Below are positions 30,001 to 37,893 of a DNA stretch of 64,000 nt, in pieces (position 1 is the first letter of the stretch; every line of letters begins with the position of its first letter). Below the pieces are notes generated by a model, which had not been told where the DNA came from, searched no databases, and was given only the letters and a program-made list of their open reading frames with translations. Source of the DNA: Acidobacteriota bacterium (GTDB lineage Bacteria > Acidobacteriota > UBA6911 > RPQK01 > JAJDTT01); the NCBI GenBank assembly GCA_965209055.1, contig OZ242374.1:1408001-1472000 (forward strand), given 5' to 3'. The position numbers and the translations under genes are program-made.

Positions 30001-31440
30001 ATGCGGGACGGCTGGTTTCACACCGGGGACCTGGGATGGGTGGACGAGGACGGATACCTCTACATCACGGGGCGCAAGAAAAACGTCATCGTCACGGGGG
30101 CCGGCAAGAACGTCTACCCCGTGGACCTGGAGGCCATCTACCGCAACGTTCCGGCCGTCGAAGACATCTGCGTGGTGGGCACTCCCAAGGGACTGACCGA
30201 AGATGTCCATGCGGTCATCGTGCCCGAGAAGGAGACGTTGCGGGAGGTGGCCGCGGCGGAATGGCCCCGGGCCATGAAGCGGGCGACTCGCGCCCTGGCC
30301 CGCCAGCTTCCGGGATATCAGCGGCTGCAGCACATTCATCTTTCGGAAACACCCCTCCCGAGGCGCGGCGACGGGTCGCTCGCCCGCGACGTGATCCTGC
30401 AGAACGTGCACCGGAGCGTCGCCCGCTCTCGAGCTCGCGGCGGCCCGGCGGCGCGGCCCCGCGGCAGTGACGTCGCCACGGCGCTGTGTCGGGAGTTGAG
30501 CCGGATCTCGGGGATTCCCTCAGCCGAAATCACGCCCGACTCCCATCTGTTCACCGACGTGGGCCTGGATTCGCTCGCCGCCATGGAGCTGCTGATTCAA
30601 CTGGAGCATCGGTTCGGCATCTCTCTGCCGGAAGAGCGGGTCGCCTCCCTGGTGAGCTTTGGCGATCTGGTCGATGCGGTCCGGGAAGGCATGGCTGCAA
30701 CTGCAGCCGGTGCGGGCGGCGCGCCCGCCGTCCGGTCCGCCTTGCCGTGGTCACAGCGCCCGTCCGTCGACCGAGCCTTCCTCGGGCTCTCCTTCTCCGC
30801 TCTGCGGCTCCTCTACGCAAGCTATTTCCGGTTGCGGCTGCGTTTTCCGGAACGTCTTCCCCGGGACGAGGCCTACATCATCGCCGCCAACCATTCCAGC
30901 CATCTCGACAGCGGCGCCATCATCGCCGCCCTGGCCGGGGCCCTGGGGACCAGGCAAGCCAAAAAGCTCCATCTTCTGGGCGCCCGCGACTACTTCTTCA
31001 ACAACGCCGTTCGCGCCTGGTTTTTCAGCACCTTTCTCAACGTGGTGCCCATCGAACGGGAGGAAACCTCGCTGGAGGGACTCCGCACCATCCAAACGAT
31101 CCTGCAGGAAGGGGAACCCGTTCTCATCTTTCCGGAGGGCACTCGATCGCGGACCGGCGAGCTTCGATCCTTCAAGCCGGGTCTCGGCCTCATCGCGCGG
31201 GAACTCAGGGTGCCGATCGTCCCCGTCCGGATCGACGGCGCCTATCAGGCGCTGCCTGCGGGCCGCACCCTTCCCCGTCCCGGACGGCTGGAAGTGACTT
31301 TCGGCAAGCCCATCAGGACCGAGCGGTATTTCGCGGACGGCGCCGAGGAGTCCCGAGTCCAGGTTTACCGAAAGATCGCCGACGACGTCCGGGAGCATGT
31401 CGTGCGCATGGGGGACGGGAACCGGAACGAACCGGTTTGA
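27070..31440 (+). CDS. ElbD-like multidomain lipid enzyme: fatty acyl reductase, AMP-binding domain, ACP and PlsC acyltransferase (1456 aa)
   Basis: Reductase TGATGFLG and YTYTK; AMP-binding YEGYGLTET and WFHTGDLG; ACP GLDSL; acyltransferase NHSSHLD and FPEGTRS. Confidence 0.88.
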   Translation: MNSVGEYLKGKTLFITGATGFLGQCLVEKILWAVPDVKRVYVLIRPRTNLRGAVVTARMRLERELCHASCFDRLRSKLGGDFPAFLKEKLVPVSGDLSRDDLNIDEETRKRLQGETDVVINSAAVVSFDAPLDEAYHLNVLGAQRVARFAQSCDDCVLVHVSTAYVCGAVVGSVPETIPEAPAGGGEPFPARAFSDVDLDIERIEKILDSVRERAYAPEREREFAAALLRRFRRSKGGRNVRRREKIENLRKKWIQNELSREGMSWARERGWNDTYTYTKSIGERIVLRTRNGAPTIIIRPAVIESGFSEPSPGWLEGLRMADPLIAAIGKGRLRALPLSPKVIIDLVPVDMVVNALLAALPAVSNATGVQIYQVATGSCNPITLGYLYDLIYRYFKRNPMFDKAGRPINIRYLRFPKPAIFRLQHRLKALPLNLVSGALDKLSALDSPGGVQRYKRRLSALTAAHEKLYYYGEIYEPYLNLNCRFGIENTMGLLDTMSQEEREAFNFDVTRLNWRHYIQNIHIPGVKKFILKMEGAGTLEPNVQPSGEGGSVSTINDLLAYSVSRYSAKTALQMQRNGEWIRYTYSDLQRLTATVGRQLRSEGLVKGDRVVLFAENQPDWGVAYLGAASQGLVVVPLDSQSWHREVWSVARFTGARAILASARSLERLPPESMARNESGEAPIRLLNINELAQPFGLPQYPRSTGAVEPASPPAGGRPVEVDAGDPASIIFTTTTAADPKGAVHTHSSFLSNLHGMNRYLAAEQTDQILSVLPLYHALEFTCGFLSPLFGGATVTYLHSLKPRVILKTMRDTGTTCMLGVPSLYALIRDDINRRTLRASKSSLKSNLVARSRQLSKSIDKTFGKNLGRQIFARVHQEFGGRIRAFVSGGSSLGDELYDDFKALGLTIYEGYGLTETAPVLTVNPLNRSRRGSAGKPLPGTELRIFQADDRGEGEIIVRTPSLMQGYYKNPEATRAVMRDGWFHTGDLGWVDEDGYLYITGRKKNVIVTGAGKNVYPVDLEAIYRNVPAVEDICVVGTPKGLTEDVHAVIVPEKETLREVAAAEWPRAMKRATRALARQLPGYQRLQHIHLSETPLPRRGDGSLARDVILQNVHRSVARSRARGGPAARPRGSDVATALCRELSRISGIPSAEITPDSHLFTDVGLDSLAAMELLIQLEHRFGISLPEERVASLVSFGDLVDAVREGMAATAAGAGGAPAVRSALPWSQRPSVDRAFLGLSFSALRLLYASYFRLRLRFPERLPRDEAYIIAANHSSHLDSGAIIAALAGALGTRQAKKLHLLGARDYFFNNAVRAWFFSTFLNVVPIEREETSLEGLRTIQTILQEGEPVLIFPEGTRSRTGELRSFKPGLGLIARELRVPIVPVRIDGAYQALPAGRTLPRPGRLEVTFGKPIRTERYFADGAEESRVQVYRKIADDVREHVVRMGDGNRNEPV

Positions 31441-31483
31441 CCCGGCAAGCGCGGCGCCTCTAAAATGGCGTCCTTCTCTGGCC

Positions 31484-31575
31484 GGAGAGGTGCTGGAGTG
31501 GCTGAACAGGGCTGCCTGCTAAGCAGTTACTCGGGGGAACCTGGGTCGGGGGTTCGAATCCCCCCCTCTCCGCCA
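31484..31575 (+). tRNA. tRNA-Ser (anticodon GCT)
   Basis: GGAGAGG...GCTGC-CTGCTAA-GCAGT, long variable arm, GGGGG-TTCGAAT-CCCC..CTCTCC-GCCA. Confidence 0.96.
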
Positions 31576-31611
31576 ACCGGACCGGCTCGATTCCTTCCGC
31601 GCCGGGCCTTT

Positions 31612-31634
31612 GGGGGTGCGCCCCTTCATTTTTT
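31612..31634 (+). terminator. Possible weak intrinsic terminator after tRNA-Ser
   Basis: GGGGG-TGCG-CCCCT hairpin followed by TCATTTTTT. Confidence 0.35.
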
Positions 31635-31644
31635 CCACGATTTC

Positions 31645-32448
31645 TCAGAAACGAAACACCAGCAAGAGCTGGGGCAGCACTTCGTCCGCGTCTTCAAACC
31701 CGAACTTGTTGACCCAGACATGCATTTCTATCCCGGCGAAGACGCGCCCCGGGCGCCGGGCCACCGCCTTGCCCAGGTCCAGGCGCAACTGGGGTTGAAG
31801 GAGGATCCAATGGGGCGCGCGGAACCCGAACTCGGTGTCTCGCGGACTCAGCCATTCCCCGTGCCCTTCGAACGAAAATGAGGCGCCGCCGATCTCGAAG
31901 GGGAGACCCCAGTTGAAATCGACCAGGTGGCTGTTGCCTTCTTTTGGTGCTCCGCCGGCCGCCACCCCCTGGTTGCGATCCACCAGATAGACGTAGTCGA
32001 CGTTCGCAAAGGCGAAGCCGGGAAGGTCGAGCTGAAACCGGAATCCGGGACCGAGCTTGAGAACCTTGGCCTGAGCTCCCCAGTTCAGTGCGCCCAGGGG
32101 GCCAATCCCGCGGATCGGTCCCCACGACACCTTCTGTCCGGTGATCGCGCCCAGGTTGAAGTAGGGATACCACTCCATGTAGATGTCCCGGTCCGCACTC
32201 GAACCCGAGCAGCAGATCATGTCCATGAAGAAGAAATTCTCTCCGTAGCTCCAGCCGCTGGCGTGCTGAATGGTGAGAATGCTCTGGAACCCGCTCGGGC
32301 TGACCAGGTGCGGCCGCAGTGCGCGGCCGCCCTGGTATTGAGCCTCGGTAACGCTCCACCCCTGGGCCCGAACGATCCCTTCAATCGCCGCGGGACAAAC
32401 CGCCATCAGCAAAAGGAGGACGCCGTAACGGTGAATCGTAGTTTTCAT
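31645..32448 (-). CDS. Outer-membrane beta-barrel, Tsx/DUF5020-like nucleoside channel
   Basis: Signal peptide, HASGWSYGENFFFMD, QPQLRLDLG, W.NKFG and C-terminal Phe (VFRF). Start uncertain (32448 or 32457). Confidence 0.72.
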   Translation of the reverse strand: MKTTIHRYGVLLLLMAVCPAAIEGIVRAQGWSVTEAQYQGGRALRPHLVSPSGFQSILTIQHASGWSYGENFFFMDMICCSGSSADRDIYMEWYPYFNLGAITGQKVSWGPIRGIGPLGALNWGAQAKVLKLGPGFRFQLDLPGFAFANVDYVYLVDRNQGVAAGGAPKEGNSHLVDFNWGLPFEIGGASFSFEGHGEWLSPRDTEFGFRAPHWILLQPQLRLDLGKAVARRPGRVFAGIEMHVWVNKFGFEDADEVLPQLLLVFRF

Positions 32449-32503
32449 GGCAGGCATTGGTTCGACGATGGCCGTGGAAGCCCGGACGCCGGACTGCGGC
32501 CCT

Positions 32504-33172
32504 TCAGTCAGCCGCCGGTTTCCGCTTCCAGGCATATTTACCGATCAAGGGCACGAAAACACATCGTTCCGCGCGGTCGGTTCGATATCCATCCCCCTTC
32601 CGGGTCACGATGTGCAGCACCTGGGAATAATCCCGTCCCAAGGGGATCACCAGGCGCCCCGACTCGCTCAACTGCTGCAGCAGCGGTTCGGGAATCCTGG
32701 GAGACGCGGCGCCGACGATGATGCTCTCAAAAGGCGCGTGTTCCTCCCAACCCAGCGTCCCGTCGGCCACTCGCAGCCGGACATCCCGGTAGCCGAGCCC
32801 GGCGAGCCGATTCGCCGCCTCGCCGGCCAGTTCCGGGATCCGTTCCACGCTGAAGACCTGGACCTTCATGGCCGCAAGCAACGCCGCCTGATATCCGCTT
32901 CCGGTCCCGATGTCCAGCACACGGTTCCCCGGGGACACCCTCGCCGCTCTGATCATGGCGGCAACCATGTAGGGCTGGCTGACGGTCTGATCATGGCCGA
33001 TGGGAAGGGGGCCGTCATCGTATGCCCGCTCGATCCATTTGTCGGGCACGAAACGATGACGGGGAACTTCCAGGAACGCCTCCAGCACACGATCGTCCCG
33101 GATGCCTCGACCTCTCAGTTGCTTCTCCACCATGTCGCGGCGTTGCCGGCCGTAGGAAGCTCCCCGCTTCAC
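32504..33172 (-). CDS. pcm: Protein-L-isoaspartate O-methyltransferase
   Basis: VPRHRFV, QTVSQPYMVA, DIGTGSGYQAA and FVPLIG. Confidence 0.95.
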   Translation of the reverse strand: MKRGASYGRQRRDMVEKQLRGRGIRDDRVLEAFLEVPRHRFVPDKWIERAYDDGPLPIGHDQTVSQPYMVAAMIRAARVSPGNRVLDIGTGSGYQAALLAAMKVQVFSVERIPELAGEAANRLAGLGYRDVRLRVADGTLGWEEHAPFESIIVGAASPRIPEPLLQQLSESGRLVIPLGRDYSQVLHIVTRKGDGYRTDRAERCVFVPLIGKYAWKRKPAAD

Positions 33173-33981
33173 GCCATTCTCCGGTAGAACGATCTCCGAT
33201 GCACGGGTGTCCGCCCGTGTTTCTCGATCGCCAGTCGATGCTGTTCCGTCCCGTAGCCTTTGTGGCGGGCAAATCCATACTCCGGAAACAAGCGGTCCAG
33301 CTTCTTCATGAGCCGATCCCGATGAGTTTTCGCCAGGATCGATGCCCCGGCAATCGAGAAATGCCTACGGTCCCCTCCGACGCAGGCCTCCTGCGGGATT
33401 TCGAGCTCCGGGATCCGGCGGCCGTCCACCAAAGCGAACTCCGGCGCCGGGCAGAGAGCCGCGACGGCCCGCTTCATGGCCAGCAGACCAGCATGGAAAA
33501 TATTCAGCCGGTCGATCTCCTCCACCGACGCCTCTCCGATTCCCATGGCGACCGCGTCCCGGGCAATGATTCCGGCCAGCTCGTCGCGCCTCGCACTCGA
33601 GAGTTTCTTGGAGTCGTCCATGCCGCGGATTTCGATGCCCGGTTCGAAAATCACCGCGGCGGCGACGACCGGACCCGCCAAAGGGCCCATGCCGGCTTCG
33701 TCGACACCGGCGACACGCACCATCCCGCGGCGCCACAGCGCGCGCTCCTTCTCCAGCATCGACTTCAATCGGCGACTTTCCGCCCGGGTCGCGGCTCGCG
33801 CGCGCGCCAGACGGCGCGCCAGACGCCGCACGCCGACTCTCCGATCGCCCGCCAATTCGGACAACACCGCGGAAGTCACCTGGACTTCACGGGACGCAAG
33901 AGCTTGCCTGATCTGGGAAAAAGTCAATCGAGAGAGCTCCAGTGCCGCCATTCGGTTCGCCACTCCAGCCGATTTCGACAT
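33169..33981 (-). CDS. rnhB: Ribonuclease HII with N-terminal extension
   Basis: GVDEAGMGPLAGPV, DSKKL, VDG, ASILAK, HKGYGT and HRRSF. Start uncertain (33981 or 33951). Confidence 0.93.
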   Translation of the reverse strand: MSKSAGVANRMAALELSRLTFSQIRQALASREVQVTSAVLSELAGDRRVGVRRLARRLARARAATRAESRRLKSMLEKERALWRRGMVRVAGVDEAGMGPLAGPVVAAAVIFEPGIEIRGMDDSKKLSSARRDELAGIIARDAVAMGIGEASVEEIDRLNIFHAGLLAMKRAVAALCPAPEFALVDGRRIPELEIPQEACVGGDRRHFSIAGASILAKTHRDRLMKKLDRLFPEYGFARHKGYGTEQHRLAIEKHGRTPVHRRSFYRRMA

Positions 33982-34071
33982 GCGTGAGCCCGGCCCCGGC
34001 ACCGGTAAGCAGGGATTGCGAAGAGGCTGATTCTTTTTCGGGTGTTTGCAAATCCATTATAATGCCCCGCC

Positions 34072-34821
34072 GTGAGCACCGGCAATATCGGTCTCGTGGG
34101 CTTCGGGCGTTTCGGGCGCCTGGTCCACCGCCACCTGCCCGCCGGCAGGGTCGCCGGCGTATACGACCGCGATCCCGAAAAACTGGCCGGGCTGGCGGAT
34201 GCCGCCACCCTGGAGCAGGTTCTCAAGGGCCAGTACGTCATCCTGGCCACCCCCATCTCCGCCATCGACGCCATTTGCCGGCAGATTTCTCCGGCTCTCC
34301 GAACCGGCCAGGTGGTGATTGACACCTGCAGCGTCAAGCAATACCCCGTCGACTGCATGTCGTCCCGCCTGCCGGACGACGTTCAGATCCTGGGCACCCA
34401 CCCCCTCTTCGGACCCGACAGCGGCAGGGATGGGATCGGAGGAATGAAGATCGCAGTCTGTCCAGTGCGAATCGACTCCGCCAACTACGACTGCATACGC
34501 AATTTCCTCCAAGGCCTCGGATTGGAGATCATCGAGACGACGCCGCAGGAGCACGACCGGAGACTCGCTCGCACCCAAGCCATCTTCCACCTGATCTCCC
34601 AGGCGCTGAAGGAGTTGGATTGGCGAGGACAGCGGCTCTCCACACCGGGACCGGACGCCTTCTACCGCCTCGCCGAAACCGTTCAGAACGACACCTCCGA
34701 GCTATTCAGGGACATGGAACAGCGCAATCGCTACGCCGGCGCGGCCCGGCGGGAGTTCATCAGCAAACTGGTGGAGATCGACGAGATTCTCGCTCGTGGC
34801 GACATGCCCGGGACGGCTTGA
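34072..34821 (+). CDS. tyrA: Prephenate/arogenate dehydrogenase (TyrA family)
   Basis: GLVGFGRFG, DTCSVK, THPLFGP and EHDR. Confidence 0.85.
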   Translation: MSTGNIGLVGFGRFGRLVHRHLPAGRVAGVYDRDPEKLAGLADAATLEQVLKGQYVILATPISAIDAICRQISPALRTGQVVIDTCSVKQYPVDCMSSRLPDDVQILGTHPLFGPDSGRDGIGGMKIAVCPVRIDSANYDCIRNFLQGLGLEIIETTPQEHDRRLARTQAIFHLISQALKELDWRGQRLSTPGPDAFYRLAETVQNDTSELFRDMEQRNRYAGAARREFISKLVEIDEILARGDMPGTA

Positions 34822-34827
34822 GCCACC

Positions 34828-35517
34828 ATGAAAGCCGCTGACGCGCCTCTGTCGCAGCGCATTTCCCTGGCTGCAGGAAGTACGGCCGGGTGGGCCCTGA
34901 TCTGGGGTCTCGGCACACTTCTTCGATACCGGGTCGAAGGCTGGGAACATTTTGCCCGGTTGAATCGGCGAGGCACTCCCTTCATCTTCAGCTTCTGGCA
35001 CAACCAGATCTTTTGCGCCACCCATTTCTGGCGATTCCGGGAGATCGGCGTGATCACAAGCCAGCACGCCGACGGGGAGTACATGGCCCGCATCATTCGC
35101 CGATTCGGATACCATCCGGCCAGGGGATCCAGCCGCAGAGGTTCGACCCGGGCCCTCCTTCAGCTCAAGCGGCACCTGGCCGGCGGCCGGCCCGTGGGGT
35201 TTGCCGCCGACGGGCCGGTGGGTCCGGCCTACAGGGTGAAACCGGGGCCGATCTGGCTCTCCATGAAGACAGGGTTTCCCATTCTCCCGTTCCACATCCA
35301 GCCTCGCCGATTCTGGGCCGGTTCCGGCTGGGACGGCTTTCGAATCCCCAAACCCTTCTCTCAAACCTTGGTGAAGATCGGACACCCGCTCCTGGTGCCC
35401 CGCGGACAATCCGCCTCGGACTGGCTGCCCAGGTATCAGGAAACGATGGATGCCCTCAAGGAATACTGCGAGTCCTACCCCTGGAACCGCGAGAGAAGGC
35501 TGGAGAGCTCACACTGA
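34828..35517 (+). CDS. DUF374 / lysophospholipid acyltransferase-family protein
   Basis: FWHNQI, SQHADGEY, RGSSRRG, ADGP.GP and WD.F.IPKPFS. Confidence 0.85.
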   Translation: MKAADAPLSQRISLAAGSTAGWALIWGLGTLLRYRVEGWEHFARLNRRGTPFIFSFWHNQIFCATHFWRFREIGVITSQHADGEYMARIIRRFGYHPARGSSRRGSTRALLQLKRHLAGGRPVGFAADGPVGPAYRVKPGPIWLSMKTGFPILPFHIQPRRFWAGSGWDGFRIPKPFSQTLVKIGHPLLVPRGQSASDWLPRYQETMDALKEYCESYPWNRERRLESSH

Positions 35518-36946
35518 CGTCACGCTGGAAGAAGAACATCTTCCAGGTGGGAATTTCCAGCAGGGCCAGCCGCAAATTGTACCGCCCCGGCTGCACGAAG
35601 AGCTTGTTGGTGTAGATGATCCCCCGGCCGTCTCGAAGCTCCTTTCTTTCCAGGGTGGCCCGGAAGAATTCTCTCATCCTGACCACTTCCCGCCCGTCCG
35701 CGTCCACCAACTGACCGATGATTCCCAATTGGGTTCGGACGTCTCCATCCGGCTCCCTTGAGAGCGTGTAGGGACTGATTTTGATTCGGAAGGGCAACCC
35801 GACCTTGCCCGAGATCTGGCCCCTGGGCCGGAGGATGTCCACGTCGGCGCCCAGCTCGTACCGGTCCAGACCCTCGTCTTCGGGGGGTCCCAGCTCGACT
35901 TCGCTGTAAAAGAGTGCCTCGATGAACTTCTTCTTGGCGCGGAGGCGGCCGGGCGCCCGGGTGAAGGGACGCGACACCAGTAAATCGGGGTTCGAGGTGG
36001 TGACGAGAGCCGGCGAGTCGGGGTCGATTCCCGGAGTCGGCTCGCCGGAGACGCCGATGGAATAGAGGTTGCCGAAGACGTCGTCGTTGATCTGCGCCAG
36101 GGTGGAATCGAAGTCCAGGATGGTTTCGATTCCGCTGAAGTGCATTCCGCCGGTCTGCACGGCCAAACGAGCGAAGGCGGCCGCCTTCTCCTCCTCCTTC
36201 GGATCTTCCGCCGCCACGAGTCCCGGAGCCGTCGGCAAAGCGGTCGCCGACGGAACCAGAATCGTATAGATCCTCACATCCTCGCGCCGGGCCCGGGCCG
36301 CGGCCCTCTCGGCCCGGTGGTAGGCATCGTCCATCCCATCAGAGACCAGAATCAACACCTTTCCGTCGCCGGGCCTCGCCCGGGTCCCAAGGGGTGCGAG
36401 CAGCGCCTCCACCGACTCGTAAATCGCGGTTCGTCCCTGATGCGGCCGGGCCGCCGCGAAGGCTTTTTCCGCAAGTTGCTTGCGGGAAGTGAACTCCTGA
36501 AAAACCAGCAGCTTGTCGGTAAACCCGAAGACGCCGATCTGGGTGAACAGGTGGATGTTGTCCAGAAAGTTCTGGGCGGCCATGATCTCTTCCGCCCGGG
36601 TGGCAAAGGTGCTTCCGCTCACGTCCAGAAGAAAGGCGATCCAGAGGCGGCCCAGGTCAGCCGTCCGTTTTCGCGGCGGCCGAAAGAAGACGATCTCCCT
36701 CTCCCTGCCGCCCTGGACCACGCGGAAGTCCTCCTGCGTCAGGGTATTGACCAACTTGTTCCCGGGATCTCTGACGGTGAAACGAAGCAGAACCAGATCG
36801 ACTCTGACCCGGATCGCTTCGTCCTGGTCCTGGTCCTGGTCCTGCCCGTTCGCCCAGGACGGGCCCAGACAGATCCAGAGCAACGGGGCCAGGGTCAGCC
36901 GCCCGAGCTGTCCCCAACGTCGCCGACTCCGGACCTCACGTCTCAT
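35456..36946 (-). CDS. VWA domain protein (Acidobacterial type), secreted
   Basis: Signal peptide, DVSGS MIDAS motif, TAIY and VSDG; ATG directly after the folE stop. Contains an in-frame (GTCCTG)4 repeat encoding QDQDQDQD. Confidence 0.82.
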   Translation of the reverse strand: MRREVRSRRRWGQLGRLTLAPLLWICLGPSWANGQDQDQDQDEAIRVRVDLVLLRFTVRDPGNKLVNTLTQEDFRVVQGGREREIVFFRPPRKRTADLGRLWIAFLLDVSGSTFATRAEEIMAAQNFLDNIHLFTQIGVFGFTDKLLVFQEFTSRKQLAEKAFAAARPHQGRTAIYESVEALLAPLGTRARPGDGKVLILVSDGMDDAYHRAERAAARARREDVRIYTILVPSATALPTAPGLVAAEDPKEEEKAAAFARLAVQTGGMHFSGIETILDFDSTLAQINDDVFGNLYSIGVSGEPTPGIDPDSPALVTTSNPDLLVSRPFTRAPGRLRAKKKFIEALFYSEVELGPPEDEGLDRYELGADVDILRPRGQISGKVGLPFRIKISPYTLSREPDGDVRTQLGIIGQLVDADGREVVRMREFFRATLERKELRDGRGIIYTNKLFVQPGRYNLRLALLEIPTWKMFFFQRDVSVSSPAFSRGSRGRTRSIP

Positions 36947-36947
36947 T

Positions 36948-37499
36948 TCAAGTTTTCCGGGCACCCACCAGATGCAGAAACTCACTCCGGGACCACTGAT
37001 CGTCCCTGAACTTGCCCAGCATGGCGGAAGTCATGACCCGAGTTTGCCGCTTTTCGACCCCTCGCATCAACATGCACAAGTGTTGCGCTTCGACGACGAC
37101 CGCCACGCCCTTGGGGCGGATCTTGTCATTGACGGTCTCGGCAATCTGCTGGGTGAGCCGTTCCTGGACTTGAAGGCGCCGCGCGAACACGTCCACGATC
37201 CTCGGAATCTTGCTGAGCCCGATGACCCGGTCCGTTGGGAGATAGCCCACATGGCACCGTCCGAAGAAGGGCAACAGGTGATGTTCGCAAAGACTATAGA
37301 CCTCGATGTCCTTGACGATGACCATTTCATCGTATTCCACGTTGAAATACGCTCCGTTGAGCACCTCGTCCACATCCTGCGCGTATCCCCTGGTCAGGAA
37401 CCGCAGGGCGCGGCCGACTCTTTCGGGAGTGCCCACAAGCCCCTCCCGATTGGGGTCCTCGCCGATCTCATGAAGCAACTTCCTGACCAAATCCTCCAA
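36948..37499 (-). CDS. folE: GTP cyclohydrolase I
   Basis: [36 protein letters not shown] and HLCM..RG. TTG start at 37499 with AGGAGG RBS. Confidence 0.95.
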   Translation of the reverse strand: MEDLVRKLLHEIGEDPNREGLVGTPERVGRALRFLTRGYAQDVDEVLNGAYFNVEYDEMVIVKDIEVYSLCEHHLLPFFGRCHVGYLPTDRVIGLSKIPRIVDVFARRLQVQERLTQQIAETVNDKIRPKGVAVVVEAQHLCMLMRGVEKRQTRVMTSAMLGKFRDDQWSRSEFLHLVGARKT

Positions 37500-37551
37500 G
37501 GCCGACCTCCTGCAACTCTCGATTTCCGAACCTGGGACCCGGCAACCGGAA

Positions 37552-37893
37552 TCAACCCGGCGGCCAGCCCATGTGTCGACCGCCCAGAACATGGGCGTGA
37601 ATGTGAAAAACACTCTGCCCGGCCGCAGCGCCGTTGTTCAGGACGACTCGATAGCCCGAGGCCAAACCTTCATCGCGCGCGACCCTCTTCGCAAGCAGCA
37701 ACAGCCGGCCGAGAAGGGCAGTGTCCTCCTCCGCCGCATCGCCCAATGAGCCAACGTGCTTCTTGGGGATCACCAGGACATGGGTGGGCGCCTGGGGGTT
37801 GATGTCCCGGAACGCCATGGCCCATTCATCCTCCGCCACCACTGCCGCGTGAAGCTCTCCGTTCACGATCCGGCAGAACAGGCAATCACTCAT
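37552..37893 (-). CDS. HIT family nucleotide-binding protein (HinT-like)
   Basis: [29 protein letters not shown] and WPPG. Confidence 0.94.
   Translation of the reverse strand: MSDCLFCRIVNGELHAAVVAEDEWAMAFRDINPQAPTHVLVIPKKHVGSLGDAAEEDTALLGRLLLLAKRVARDEGLASGYRVVLNNGAAAGQSVFHIHAHVLGGRHMGWPPG

Noticed and set aside
21213-31483. tRNA-anchored genomic island carrying the F420/ElbD-like block
   Set aside because: Both tRNAs point their 3' ends away from the block, and I saw no integrase, att duplication or obvious compositional shift.
36821-36844. (GTCCTG)4 repeat as a phase-variation site
   Set aside because: It is an in-frame hexamer encoding a QD linker after the signal peptide, so slippage would not shift the frame.
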